DNA from: a bacterium
GTDB lineage: Bacteria > Patescibacteriota > Minisyncoccia > Sungbacterales > HO2-52-23
DNA length: 64,000 bases
NCBI GenBank assembly: GCA_030697705.1
Contig: JAUYPE010000002.1
Location: forward strand, 4,312-68,311
Direction: 5' to 3'
Shown here: piece after piece, positions 20,108 to 30,110 of the stretch
Layout of the letters: the number at the start of each line of letters is the position of its first letter
Position numbering within the stretch: the stretch's first letter is position 1
Notes under the pieces: generated by a model
The model's input: the letters and a program-made list of their open reading frames with translations, nothing else
What the model was told of the DNA's origin: nothing
Databases searched by the model: none
Position numbers and translations under genes: made by a program

Positions 20108-20983
20108 TTATTTCTCCTTCAGCACGCTTTGAAGATACTCCTGAAACTCTCCACCGACCTCCTGGTGCGCTATGCCAGCCGCCACGGTAGCTTTCAGAAA
20201 ACCGAGCCGGTCGCCACAGTCGTAACGCGTACCTTCATACAGATATCCATAAATCTCGCCGCCGCTTCTCATCCGCTCCTCCATCGCCACAATATCATGG
20301 AACTCTCCCGATTCGGGCCGATTCGCCCGCTCAAGAAATTCTAGAATATCAGGGGTAAGGATGTAGCGCCCTATCCGTATGATATCCGACGGAGCGTCTT
20401 CCACGCGCGGCTTTTCAACAACTCCTTCAACTTTGTACAATCGCGGTGAAATCTCACTTCCTTTTACCACGCCATACCGCGAGAGCGTTTCGGGCGGCAT
20501 GCGCGTCAGTGCCAACACCGGAGCCCGATAGCGTTCATAGATCGGCATCAATTGCGCCAGGCATGACTCGCGTCCCATCACCAAATCATCTCCGTAAAAA
20601 ACTGCAAACGGTTCGTCGCCGATAAGATGCCGTGCGGCCAAGAGAGCATCCCCCGTTCCGCGTTGCTCATGCTGGCGGACAAAAGTAAACGTCGCCATCT
20701 CTGCGATCCGGCGGACATCATCCGCAAGATGTCCTTTATTGTGTTGTCGCAGAAAGGCCTCCAATTCTCCCGCAACATCAAAATGATCTTCCAACGATCG
20801 TTTCGCTCGGGATGTCACGAGTATAATCTCTTTTATCCCCGCGTCAACCGCCTCTTCCACCAAATATTGAATAACCGGCTTATCTACAAGCGGAAACATC
20901 TCTTTTGGTTGTACCTTTGTCGCCGGCAAAAATCTTGTGCCCAAGCCCGCAACCAAAAATACCGCTTTTTTAACAATACTCAT
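20108..20983 (-). CDS. galU: UTP--glucose-1-phosphate uridylyltransferase
   Basis: KAVFLVAGLGTRFLPATKVQPKEMFPLVDKPVIQY N-terminus typical of GalU; 291 aa. Confidence 0.85.
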   Translation of the reverse strand: MSIVKKAVFLVAGLGTRFLPATKVQPKEMFPLVDKPVIQYLVEEAVDAGIKEIILVTSRAKRSLEDHFDVAGELEAFLRQHNKGHLADDVRRIAEMATFTFVRQHEQRGTGDALLAARHLIGDEPFAVFYGDDLVMGRESCLAQLMPIYERYRAPVLALTRMPPETLSRYGVVKGSEISPRLYKVEGVVEKPRVEDAPSDIIRIGRYILTPDILEFLERANRPESGEFHDIVAMEERMRSGGEIYGYLYEGTRYDCGDRLGFLKATVAAGIAHQEVGGEFQEYLQSVLKEK

Positions 20984-21053
20984 AGATCTTATTTGTAAGA
21001 TGTCCTCTCTATAATAAATGTCCTAAATAATGTCCTTTATTTGAATTTATGTC

Positions 21054-21815
21054 CTATATATCACCGCCTGAAATCTCGTACAGGGCACCCTTTTTATCTC
21101 CCTCTCGCAGTATAATCTTTCGCTCCAAAAGATCTTGCAAATCACGCTGGATCGTCTTCACGCTTACTCCTGAAAAATGAGGCGTGAGATCGCCAAGCTT
21201 CGCCTGTGTAGCTTTTTTGAGAACGGCAAGTATCTCCTCTTGGCGGCTCGTCAGCCCTTCCGGTTTTTTATCAAAAACGCTATGCAACTTTTCTCTTATC
21301 TTTGGAGATGGTGGGACATGCGCGGAAACGGAGGGTTTCTTTTCTCCATAATCCTTTTTTTTCTCCTCACTTTTTTGCGATGATGATTTTACCGCAACGG
21401 ACTGTTCCAGTATAGACCCATCCGCAGGTGCATGGAAAGAGTCGGTGACCGAGGTACCCTTTTCAGGCGTGAGTTCATCCAAAAAATCAGAAAGCATACC
21501 CGCTAACGCCCGGTACTCCCGTTCAAGAACGGTAATGTTAACAGCCCTGACAAACACCAAAGAACGGGCGATTTTGAGATATCCCAAAATCGTCTCAACC
21601 TTCCCGCATACGCCAAGCAGTACTCCTTCGACATAATCCGCAAAGGCAGCTTCAGCAATACCGGCAAAAACACCGTTTGCCGATTCGCGGAGCGCGCGGC
21701 GCAGAACCTCATCGCGCGGAAAAAAATCCGTCACGCGATAAAGCGCCAGCGTCACTTCTATCGCCCTTTTGTGAAGTTCATAGGGCACCTGCATGCCCCG
21801 AAAGTTGGCAGCCAT
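21054..21815 (-). CDS. four-helix-bundle (23S rRNA IVS-protein-like) domain fused to C-terminal winged-HTH domain
   Basis: N-terminus FPRDEVLRRALRESANGVFAGIAEA resembles the four-helix-bundle/IVS protein family. C-terminus LTSRQEEILAVLKKATQAKLGDLTPHFSGVSVKTIQRDLQDLLERKII is DeoR-like HTH. Lys/Glu-rich linker. Confidence 0.45.
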   Translation of the reverse strand: MAANFRGMQVPYELHKRAIEVTLALYRVTDFFPRDEVLRRALRESANGVFAGIAEAAFADYVEGVLLGVCGKVETILGYLKIARSLVFVRAVNITVLEREYRALAGMLSDFLDELTPEKGTSVTDSFHAPADGSILEQSVAVKSSSQKSEEKKKDYGEKKPSVSAHVPPSPKIREKLHSVFDKKPEGLTSRQEEILAVLKKATQAKLGDLTPHFSGVSVKTIQRDLQDLLERKIILREGDKKGALYEISGGDI

Positions 21816-21927
21816 AATGCAAACAAGAATGAAATTTTTTTAACCTCAAGCGACAACAGCATATAAGACATCAGTCCTTTCGTCAACTAAAGATAAAGGA
21901 CATTGGTATGCTTTATGCGCATTATCT

Positions 21928-22010
21928 GTCATCCTGAACGAAGTGAAGGATCCCGTACGATTTCAGTATACTGATATAGTAGCGGGATTCCTCGTTTCAC
22001 TCGGAATGAC
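21928..22010. repeat. MITE-like palindromic repeat, copy B
   Basis: gtcatcctgaacgaagtgaagg...cgtttcactcggaatgac with internal ggatcccgtacgatttcag; in the divergent intergenic region between 21054-21815 and nth. Confidence 0.7.
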
Positions 22011-22076
22011 GGAATGGGGTGGGACGAATAAACTCCATTGCCTCTCACTCCTACCCCTAGTACAATAGAATCCTCC

Positions 22077-22805
22077 ATGATGATGAAAAAAAATCAATTT
22101 TCTCGCGCACAAAAAATCGTCACCGCGCGAGGCCGCGCCATTATCCGCCGGCTCAAAAAAACATACCCACACGCGGGTATGATGCTGAACTTCTCCAGCC
22201 ACTGGGAGCTCCTCGTCGCCGTCATTTTATCGGCACAGTGCACGGATAAAAAAGTAAATCAGGTAACGGAAAAGTTATTCCAAAAATACCGAACTTTAGA
22301 GGACTATATCGCCGCCGATCCGCGAGAGTTTGAGCGCGATATTCATGCGACGGGATTTTTTCGGTCTAAGACAAAACATATTCTCACGACGGCAAAGTTG
22401 ATAAAAGAAAAATATAATGGCAAAATTCCCCGGACGATGGAGGAGATGCTCACGCTCCGCGGCGTTGCGCGCAAGACGGCAAATGTCGTTCTTGGCAACG
22501 CACACAATATAGTAGACGGCATTGCCGTAGATACGCATGTCCGCCGCCTCTCACAACGCCTAGGACTTACGACCAAAAACGATCCCAATAAAATAGAGCA
22601 GGATCTCATGAAAATCCTGCCTAAAAACGAATGGTTTAAAACGACCTATTTACTCATAGAACACGGCCGCAGTATCTGTACCGCAAAAGACCCCCGTTGC
22701 GACCTCTGCCCCCTCCGTGATATCTGCCCCTCGGCATTTCAGTTTCCAAGGTTTAAAAAAGATGATGCGAGACAAAAAAATTGCACTACTCCCCAAGGGA
22801 AGTAG
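22077..22805 (+). CDS. nth: endonuclease III (DNA-(apurinic/apyrimidinic) lyase), [4Fe-4S]
   Basis: LNFSSHWELLVAVILSAQCTDKKVN, HhH (LRGVARKTANVV), C-terminal CTAKDPRCDLCPLRDIC cluster motif. The ORF-track frame opens at 22038; start chosen at MMMKKNQ. Confidence 0.85.
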   Translation: MMMKKNQFSRAQKIVTARGRAIIRRLKKTYPHAGMMLNFSSHWELLVAVILSAQCTDKKVNQVTEKLFQKYRTLEDYIAADPREFERDIHATGFFRSKTKHILTTAKLIKEKYNGKIPRTMEEMLTLRGVARKTANVVLGNAHNIVDGIAVDTHVRRLSQRLGLTTKNDPNKIEQDLMKILPKNEWFKTTYLLIEHGRSICTAKDPRCDLCPLRDICPSAFQFPRFKKDDARQKNCTTPQGK

Positions 22806-22828
22806 TGCAAGAACTCGCGAAGAACAAA

Positions 22829-23302
22829 TCACTTTTCAACTTCCTTGTAGGTCTCGGCAAACTCTCTAGCGGCAATGAGATAGGGTTCATTTCCTCTTTT
22901 TTCCCCGTTTTGGTCGCAGATATCGGCAATCAAAACATTCTCATCGCCGGTTTGCGGCTCGCCCCATTCCGCCATAATCTCAATCGGCTTACCGAATGGG
23001 TTTCTTATGGCACGGCAGTAAGCTCTTGCCCCATAGACACCTTGTTCGTCAGTCGAATCATAGCGACCCAGAAACTTCGCTTCAGAGATGGCGTATTCTT
23101 CGCCGGACGGATTCGTTACAATCCAATCTCCGTCCTTGGCGGTATTAGTCGTCTCCTGCGCGCCACTTTGCAGAGTCGTCGTGATATTCTCGCCTGCTAC
23201 TGCCGGCCGTGCATGCACGCGGCCCTGTTTTTTGAACACGGGCGCGGTTGCGAGAGCTGTCATAATCTCCGGCGCTTTGCGGTCTACTTTTGTGAAGACC
23301 AT
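22829..23302 (-). CDS. hypothetical protein
   Basis: Start placed at MVFTKVDRK because it has an aaaaggag SD 7 nt upstream. The longer ORF-track frame would run through repeat copy F. Confidence 0.4.
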   Translation of the reverse strand: MVFTKVDRKAPEIMTALATAPVFKKQGRVHARPAVAGENITTTLQSGAQETTNTAKDGDWIVTNPSGEEYAISEAKFLGRYDSTDEQGVYGARAYCRAIRNPFGKPIEIMAEWGEPQTGDENVLIADICDQNGEKRGNEPYLIAAREFAETYKEVEK

Positions 23303-23404
23303 TTCTGACTCCTTTTCTTGATTAACTCCGCTAAATAACTCTCGGTTCATAATACTATAGTTATTTAATAATGTCAACTCCTTGCCATGTATCCTCCCCC
23401 ACAC

Positions 23405-23480
23405 TGTCATTGCGAGGAACAGCAGTGACGAAGCAATCTCAACTTTTGGCATAGAGATTGCCGCGCTTCGCTCGCAATGA
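23405..23480. repeat. palindromic repeat, copy F (variant subfamily, TIR gtcattgcgagg...ctcgcaatgac)
   Basis: Perfect 11-bp TIR plus internal cgaagc/gcttcg palindrome; immediately downstream of the clpB stop (possible terminator hairpin). Confidence 0.55.
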
Positions 23481-23506
23481 CGAGTAGGAGCATTTTACTA
23501 AATGTG

Positions 23507-26179
23507 TCAACTCTTCGCCGTTATTGCAACGCGGGAGGGAAGTCTTTTGACCTGTTTTGAGAATGAAACAACATCATCGCGGACATCAGCGAGAAGCGAT
23601 TCGCCGTCCACTATTTTATTTGCGATAAGCTCGCCCGCAAGCGGGTCAAGAATGTATTGCTGAATCGCCCGTTTGAGCGGCCGCGCACCGTATTGCGGGT
23701 CATACCCCTTCGTGCCGATGAATTTTTTGAGTTCTGACGTAAAGGCGATGGTAATATCCCGCGCAACTATGCGGCGGCGCACCATTTCAAGCTGAATATC
23801 CACGATGCGCTGAATTATCTCAACTCCCAAAGATGAGAAGATGATAATCTCATCCAGACGATTCAAAAATTCCGGACGGAAGTGACGCTCCAGCGCTTTA
23901 CGAATCTTGTCCCTCATGCTTCCTTCTTTCTCCTCATGCGTGTCCTCGCCAGAACCCGCAAAACCGAGCCGCCCCATTTCTTTGACATACTCGCCGCCAA
24001 TATTGGAGGTCATGATGATAATCGTGTTTTTGAAATTCACCACACGACCCTTGGCATCCGTGAGTCGGCCGTTATCAAGAATTTGCAAGAGAATGTTAAA
24101 CACCTCTGGATGAGCTTTTTCTATCTCGTCAAAAAGAATGACGGAGTACGGACGGTGGCGCACGAGTTCGGTCAGCTGACCACCCTCTTCATAACCGACA
24201 TAACCGGGCGGCGAGCCGACGAATTTGGAGGCGGTGTGACGCTCCATATATTCGCTCATATCCATGCGGATAAGCGCTTTTTCATCGCTGAACAAAAACC
24301 CGGCGAGCGTCTTGGCAAGCTCGGTCTTCCCCACACCCGTCGGTCCGAGAAACATAAACGACCCAATGGGGCGGTTTTCTTCACTGATACCTGCACGCGA
24401 TCGGCGCACCGCGTGGGCGATCTTGGTAATCGCTTCGTCCTGACCGATAACGCGAAGCCGCAGTTCGTCCTCCATGCGGATGAGGCGAGACATCTCGGTC
24501 TCCAGCATCTTGGTAACGGGAATGCCCGTCCAGCGCGCAACGACGGCGGCGACATCCTCCTCCCCCACCTCGCCGCGCGGCGAAGATCGCGTATGCTGAA
24601 GCGCGGTGAGCCGCTCCTCAACTTCTTTTAATTTTTTTTCGGTCTGGGGAATCTTGCCATAACGGTACTCGGCAACCGCGCCGAACTCTCCCGAGCGCTC
24701 GGCAATATCGGCTTCCTGCCGGAACGAATCAAGCTCTTTTTTGAGCGTACGCACTTCAACAAGTCGCTCCTTCTCCTCCTGCCATGCCGATTCTGACGCC
24801 GCAATGCCCGCCTGCAGTTCCGTAACATCCTTTTCCACTTTTTTGAGCCGTTCTTTGGCACGGCGGTCGGTTTCTTTTTTCAATGCCTCGCGTTCAATTT
24901 CAAGCTTCATAATGCGCCGACGCGTCTCGTCAAGCTCCTTGGGAATACTGTCCATTTCCAATCGTAACGAAGACGCCGCCTCATCAATCAAGTCCACGGC
25001 TTTGTCGGGCAAAAATCTATCGGCGATATAGCGCGCCGAGAGGTTCGCCGCCGCAATTAGTGCGCCATCGGTAATTTTAATCCCATGGTGCGCTTCGTAT
25101 TTCGGCTTGAGTCCGCGCAAAATCGCCACAGCATCCTCCACGCTCGGCTCGTCCACATACACCGGCTGGAATCGCCGCGCAAGCGCCGGATCGCGCTCAA
25201 TATGGCGCTGATATTCGCGCAGGGTGGTAGCACCGATAGCATGAAGCTCACCGCGCGCGAGCGCCGGTTTGAGCATATTTGCAGCATCAATCGCGCCCTC
25301 CGCCGCACCCGCACCAACAAGCGTGTGCAGTTCGTCTATGAAAATAACATACTTGCCCGCCCCGCGCTCTATTTCCCGCAGTATCGCCTTCAGCCGATCT
25401 TCAAACTCGCCACGGTATTTCGTCCCGGCGACAATCGCCGCCAGATCAATGGAAATGACTTCTTTTTCTTTTAATGTCTCGGGTACATCGCCTGCAACAA
25501 TCCGCTCGGCAAGCCCCTCAACGATGGCGGTCTTGCCCACGCCTGCCTCGCCTATGAGGACGGGATTGTTTTTGCTCCGGCGCGAGAGTACCTCCATGAC
25601 GCGGCGAATTTCGGCATCCCGCCCGATGACGGGGTCAAGTTTCTCCGCCCGCGCGAGGCGGGTGAGGTTCTTGGCGTATTTTTCCAAAACATTATACTTC
25701 GTTTCCGGTTCGGCATCGGTAATCCGCTGACCGCCGCGAAGTTCCGCCAGCGCACGCATGACAACTTCTTTATTTAACCCTTCACGCTCCAAAAGCTCTT
25801 TGGCACGCGTCGGTATCTCCAGGAGAGCGAGAAAAAGATGCTCCGTGGAGATGAATTCATCTTTGAGATGCGCCGCCTCGCGGTGTGCCTGCTCAATGGA
25901 CTTCGCCAAGTCCTGCGTGAGATACACCTGCCCCATCGGCGTAGAAACCGAAGCGCCGCGCGGCATCCCGTCAAGCGTTTCAAATAAGCGATCCATAAAC
26001 GCCGAGATGTCAATCTCCAATTTTTCCAAAATCGCGTCAACCGTCCCCTCCTCTTGCAAGGCAAGGGCGGCAAGCAAATGGAGCACATCAATCTGTTGAT
26101 GTGAGCGTTCAAGCGCCAAGTCATGCGCTTTTTTGAGCACCTCTTGAGCTTTTATCGTAAATTGTTGGAATGGCGGCAT
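23507..26179 (-). CDS. clpB: ATP-dependent chaperone ClpB
   Basis: Clp N-domain; two AAA+ modules ([30 protein letters not shown]); long coiled-coil M-domain between them; no ClpP-binding loop. Start at [15 protein letters not shown] (26179). Confidence 0.9.
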   Translation of the reverse strand: MPPFQQFTIKAQEVLKKAHDLALERSHQQIDVLHLLAALALQEEGTVDAILEKLEIDISAFMDRLFETLDGMPRGASVSTPMGQVYLTQDLAKSIEQAHREAAHLKDEFISTEHLFLALLEIPTRAKELLEREGLNKEVVMRALAELRGGQRITDAEPETKYNVLEKYAKNLTRLARAEKLDPVIGRDAEIRRVMEVLSRRSKNNPVLIGEAGVGKTAIVEGLAERIVAGDVPETLKEKEVISIDLAAIVAGTKYRGEFEDRLKAILREIERGAGKYVIFIDELHTLVGAGAAEGAIDAANMLKPALARGELHAIGATTLREYQRHIERDPALARRFQPVYVDEPSVEDAVAILRGLKPKYEAHHGIKITDGALIAAANLSARYIADRFLPDKAVDLIDEAASSLRLEMDSIPKELDETRRRIMKLEIEREALKKETDRRAKERLKKVEKDVTELQAGIAASESAWQEEKERLVEVRTLKKELDSFRQEADIAERSGEFGAVAEYRYGKIPQTEKKLKEVEERLTALQHTRSSPRGEVGEEDVAAVVARWTGIPVTKMLETEMSRLIRMEDELRLRVIGQDEAITKIAHAVRRSRAGISEENRPIGSFMFLGPTGVGKTELAKTLAGFLFSDEKALIRMDMSEYMERHTASKFVGSPPGYVGYEEGGQLTELVRHRPYSVILFDEIEKAHPEVFNILLQILDNGRLTDAKGRVVNFKNTIIIMTSNIGGEYVKEMGRLGFAGSGEDTHEEKEGSMRDKIRKALERHFRPEFLNRLDEIIIFSSLGVEIIQRIVDIQLEMVRRRIVARDITIAFTSELKKFIGTKGYDPQYGARPLKRAIQQYILDPLAGELIANKIVDGESLLADVRDDVVSFSKQVKRLPSRVAITAKS

Positions 26180-26231
26180 AGATATAAATAATAACGAGAG
26201 CAATGTTTAAGTTGTTTTCTTTTCTTTGTTT

Positions 26232-26358
26232 GTCATTCCCGTCCCCGCTTTTGCGAGGATAAACTCCGCGAGGAATCCCGTTAGTTTTCAGTCCCCACAA
26301 GGGGGATACTAGCTATATGCTGAAATCGTACGGGATCCTTCGCTACGCTCTGGATGAC
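26232..26358. repeat. MITE-like palindromic repeat, copy C (longer variant)
   Basis: gtcattcccgtcc...tgctgaaatcgtacgggatcc...tggatgac; sits in the clpB upstream region. Confidence 0.65.
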
Positions 26359-26673
26359 GGACGATAGAGAAGACCGAAACCTAGACCCTATTTGCTTTAA
26401 TATCTTATCAGAAAACAGAGACAAAATCAAACAAAAACGCCTATTACTTCAAAATAAGAGTATTGGATGAAGTTAGAACCACCCCCCTATATTTTCCCAA
26501 TAAAAACTGAAACGAGATACGCTGTCATTGTGGAAACAACGCTGGACTTTCTAACATATTAGCTTTCCACGCTCAATCTTCAATAATCTCGCCTCAATGT
26601 CCTTTAGTGAGGAGGGTCCGGAATAATCAAGAACATATTCATCTTTCGATTTTTGTTTTATTTCCATTTTCCA

Positions 26674-26789
26674 TCAAAAAGTCAACACGCGGAATGATTC
26701 GGCATACTTAAGGTGTTTTTTCTTGCCCTCACTCTTGGCACGAATGCGAATCCTCTCCTTTATTTTTTTGATGTCTGGAATCTGGAATT
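26674..26789 (-). pseudogene. relic of the 3' end of an LmbE/PIG-L family deacetylase gene (~38 codons)
   Basis: Minus-strand translation ...EFQIPDIKKIKERIRIRAKSEGKKKHLKYAESFRVLTF* aligns with the C-terminus of the intact LmbE-like gene at 27535-28272 (...ESQIPDVKKMEERIRTRAKNEGKKKKMRYAETFRRLMF*). The frame is closed by a stop upstream. Confidence 0.6.
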
Positions 26790-26889
26790 CGTAGGCACAC
26801 ACTGCTCAAATCTTTTTCCCACTTGTTTTTGTACGAGCATCCCTACGCACGCATTGACCATAGCCCTTACTCAATGCTATGATCATCAT

Positions 26890-27102
26890 ATGAATAGTAT
26901 CACACCAACTCGTATTTATAATAAATTGACGCGTCTTGAGCAAGAAATCCAACGACTCAAAGCCCAAGCGTATCTTACGCTCCCCCACAAGACACGCACT
27001 ACTCCGCGGTATACGGAAAAAGCGATTATGGAGGCGGTGCGCGGAGTACGCGACACTATCTGGAACGAACGCTATGCCAAAAAGATTACGCGTATTCGTT
27101 GA
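26890..27102 (+). CDS. putative antitoxin (small ORF overlapping PIN gene start)
   Basis: 71-aa ORF (MNSITPTRIYNKLTRLEQEIQRLKAQ...) whose 3' end overlaps the PIN start by 29 nt; family not recognised. Confidence 0.4.
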   Translation: MNSITPTRIYNKLTRLEQEIQRLKAQAYLTLPHKTRTTPRYTEKAIMEAVRGVRDTIWNERYAKKITRIR

Positions 27103-27499
27103 TACGAGCGCGCTTCTTGCCGGACTCAATTCACCTAACGGCGCGGCAGGAGCCATCCTTGCCGCATGTTTTTCGAAACGGCTCATACCCGTTATTTCAC
27201 GGCAAGTCATTGAGGAGGCGGAACGGAATATTGAGATGAAATTCCCCGCGCTTCATCGTGCATGGGAAGCGTTTCTTCGTATCCCGCCAGAACTTGCTCC
27301 GGATCCGTCGTTACGCCAAATCCGCAAAGTACACCAAATCTTGCCTACGAGTGATGCGCCAATTCTTGCAAGCGCGCTCAAAGCGCATCCCGATGCATTG
27401 GTAACATGGAATACTCGGGACTTCCTCCGCAAGGAGGTTATGTTACGCACTCCCTTCCCCATTTTCATCCCACGGGATTTTCTCAAACAATATCTTTAG
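27074..27499 (+). CDS. PIN-domain protein (VapC-like toxin)
   Basis: RVFVDTSALLAGL (first acidic residue), TSDAPILASAL, TWNTRDF - PIN acidic-residue pattern. Start MPKRLRV at 27074, not the extended ORF-track frame. Confidence 0.65.
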   Translation: MPKRLRVFVDTSALLAGLNSPNGAAGAILAACFSKRLIPVISRQVIEEAERNIEMKFPALHRAWEAFLRIPPELAPDPSLRQIRKVHQILPTSDAPILASALKAHPDALVTWNTRDFLRKEVMLRTPFPIFIPRDFLKQYL

Positions 27500-27534
27500 G
27501 AATTAGGAACTCTAGTTACAGAAGCTCCACGGGA

Positions 27535-28272
27535 TTAAAACATCAACCTTCGAAATGTCTCCGCATACCGCATTTTCTTTTTCTTGCCCTCGTTTTTAGC
27601 GCGAGTACGGATGCGCTCCTCCATTTTTTTGACATCGGGAATTTGGGACTCATGTGCCCGCAGAGCCGCAAGTTTTTTTCCAATGGTTTTGGAAATGTCT
27701 ACAAACATATTCGGTCGGTCGGTACCAAAAAACCACACCCCTTGCATCTGGTGCGGCAAAAGATCCTCCTGTTTGAGTTCGGGGAAAAATGCGTGCGAAG
27801 CGGTCGCCGGATAAATCGCGTCAAATACCGCCTCGGCGGTAATCCGATGGTCGCGGTGAAATCGCCCAAAACTATCAAAGAGATGGTTTCCCGGATCGGC
27901 CGAGAGGACGACATCCGGTTTTACCTCGCGCATAACGCGGATGAGGCGCCGCCGAAGCTCTGCAGTATGCTCCAAATCTCCATCCGTCTCGCGCAAGAAA
28001 TGAATGTCTGAAACGCCGACAATCGCGCCCGCCGCGCGCTGTTCTCTCTCGCGCATAGCTATCATTTCTTCGCAGGTCTGACTGACTTTGTGCGTTCCCT
28101 TCTCGCCGTTCGTTATAATGCAATAGGCGACTTCGTTGCCCTTTGCCGTCAGCGTAGCAATCGTCCCCGCACAGCCGAAGTCAAGATCATCCGGATGCGC
28201 CGAAAAGACAAGAAATTTTCTCGGTTTTGATTTTTTATTTGTCGTACTTTTTACCCTATACGCCATAGACAT
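27535..28272 (-). CDS. LmbE/PIG-L family N-acetylglucosaminyl deacetylase (BshB-like)
   Basis: FSAHPDDLDFGCAGTIATL and HxDH-type motifs (FHRDHRITAEAV). Confidence 0.75.
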   Translation of the reverse strand: MSMAYRVKSTTNKKSKPRKFLVFSAHPDDLDFGCAGTIATLTAKGNEVAYCIITNGEKGTHKVSQTCEEMIAMREREQRAAGAIVGVSDIHFLRETDGDLEHTAELRRRLIRVMREVKPDVVLSADPGNHLFDSFGRFHRDHRITAEAVFDAIYPATASHAFFPELKQEDLLPHQMQGVWFFGTDRPNMFVDISKTIGKKLAALRAHESQIPDVKKMEERIRTRAKNEGKKKKMRYAETFRRLMF

Positions 28273-28320
28273 ACAGACCCAATATCCTTAATTGGGTGAG
28301 GAGACCTTGACCCTTAATAA

Positions 28321-28686
28321 CTACACCTCAATGATCGTGATTTCTTTGATTTTCTGAAACTGGCGATCACGGGTAACGAGCGACACATTTCGGATCATGG
28401 CGGTTGCCGCAATCCCTGCGTCGGGAATCGCAAGCGCATAATTTCTCCGTAGCCGTGCGGCAATTTCCGCAATCGCATCATCAAACGGGATAGATATGAA
28501 ATTGGCGAGAAATGCTTTCGCCTTTGCACTATCCTCTTCCGTGAGTCCGGGAAATGCAAGAGTTTCTGCGATGGTGAGTGAAGAAATAAGGAGAGCTCTT
28601 CCCATCTGTTTCCACTCAGAAAGAGCGTATACCGCTTTTGGCTCGGCATTGAGACACGCAATAATGATATTCGTATCAACGAGCAT
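28321..28686 (-). CDS. PIN-domain toxin VapC
   Basis: MLVDTNIIIA..., ...IAETLAFP..., ...VTRDRQF PIN signature; start at 28686 one nt after the upstream antitoxin stop. Confidence 0.75.
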   Translation of the reverse strand: MLVDTNIIIACLNAEPKAVYALSEWKQMGRALLISSLTIAETLAFPGLTEEDSAKAKAFLANFISIPFDDAIAEIAARLRRNYALAIPDAGIAATAMIRNVSLVTRDRQFQKIKEITIIEV

Positions 28687-28687
28687 G

Positions 28688-28900
28688 CTAAGAAGAAACA
28701 CTCTTGAGTTGTTTTTGCATGCGTTTATTCCACTCTTGACGAATCCGGCGTTGATACCCTACTGCGTCAACTTTTTTTCCTTTCAGTATGCCGATTGCAT
28801 TAGTCCAACTCTTGGGGAGCGGATAGCGCACAGAGTCCACTATTTCAGAAGCCACAATCCCTGCTCTATTTGTTTTTGTCTCTCTTGCTTTTGTTGGCAT
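28688..28900 (-). CDS. putative VapB-type antitoxin
   Basis: 70-aa ORF MPTKARETKTNRAGIVASEIVDSVRYPLPKSWTNAIGILKGKKVD... directly upstream of the PIN gene (SpoVT/AbrB-like swapped-hairpin flavour). Confidence 0.5.
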   Translation of the reverse strand: MPTKARETKTNRAGIVASEIVDSVRYPLPKSWTNAIGILKGKKVDAVGYQRRIRQEWNKRMQKQLKSVSS

Positions 28901-29009
28901 GGATTGCAGTATAACATATATTAAAAAATAAAACAAGAAAAAGCGAGGGTACTGTCCGAGCCGCTCTATGCGCGGGGCAATATAACTGTCACACACAAAT
29001 CAATCATCA

Positions 29010-30085
29010 CATTTCCATCCCGAGGCGTTTTTTAATCTCTGCCACAAGTTCAGGGGAATAACGCTCATACACCCGGTTTCTTGTATTCCGCTGTTGCTCA
29101 AACCATTGAGGATGTACTCTTTATGTATTGCTCGACTATTCTTTTCACCGCAACATCACCAAGTTTACACACTTGTTTTAACTCGTTAAGCCCAAGCCAT
29201 TCAGACCGGACATCAGGAATTGATTTCATTTGAGAGATCCTTTGCTTAATTTCTTGGACTAATTCCGGAGCATAATGTTCAGCCTTTTGGTGTGACTTCT
29301 TAACCTGACGCTTCCCCAGCCATTCGGGATGTTCTGCGCGATATTCTTCAGCAATTTTTCTAATATACTTTGAATAACGAAATGCACCTCTCTGTACACT
29401 TCAAACAAGCCGCAGGCGGTGCGGTTATGACGAGAACATACTCAAAACAAGGAAACTCGAACTGGAACGAACTGAGGAGACCAATGGATCATACGGCGAT
29501 GATTACACGACAAGATACGCTGAAATTGCAGACAGGTAGTGGGTAAGATAGCCGTCAATGGATCGGGGGAACGAGGTGACCAGTCCATAGCAGAGCTTGA
29601 GAATGCGGAAGTGGATCTCAACCCGCATGCGCAGATTGAGTAGCACGATATGGATAGGGGTTGAGAGAATCCACGAATTTCTGATACGAGAGAGGGGGCT
29701 CCATGATCTCCCAGAGTGATTTCTTAGTGGCAATATTTTGCTTCTGCTTCAGGATTGCGCAGGTTACGGCTTCGCTGTTGGTAAGGGCTGATTTCCGACC
29801 TTTGGGATGTTCCCGATCTTTGAGTTTCAATGAATGGAATAGTTGTGATACTCTTGCTTTGAGGGTGTAATAGATTGTAAGGAAGGTGTTCATACAAGTG
29901 GCGGCGTAAGCCGTCCCTTGTATTGTAGCAGAAAAGGTGATGTGGTGCATTTCGTTATTCAAAGTATGGTAGTCATCATACAGCTCGTGGCGTTGGATCG
30001 GGGTTAATCGGGTGCGTTTGTGGATGGTCATGTTGTTTACCGTACCGCCGATAGCCATTCCGGCAATGGCGGAGACTGTAAACAA
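29010..30085 (-). mobile_element. degenerate transposase pseudogene, possibly IS630/Tc1-like, frameshifted
   Basis: 155-aa ORF (29618-30085) with HTH-like RLTPIQRHELYDDY and HPKGRKSALTNSEAV (cf. IS630 N-terminal GRP motif). Downstream frames are broken but translate to ...EHYAPELVQEIKQRIS... and ...RYSPELVAEIKKRLG... (cf. the YSPDLNPIE tail of IS630/Tc1). GC is visibly lower than in flanking genes. Confidence 0.3.
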
Positions 30086-30110
30086 CGCTAGGGATTCTTA
30101 CAAGTAAAAC

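Noticed and set aside
23882-24631. 249-aa plus-strand ORF inside clpB
   Set aside because: Antisense to clpB, which is unambiguous; no motifs.
29503-29733. 76-aa minus-strand ORF
   Set aside because: It is an alternate frame inside the decayed transposase region, most likely a by-product of frameshifts rather than a gene.
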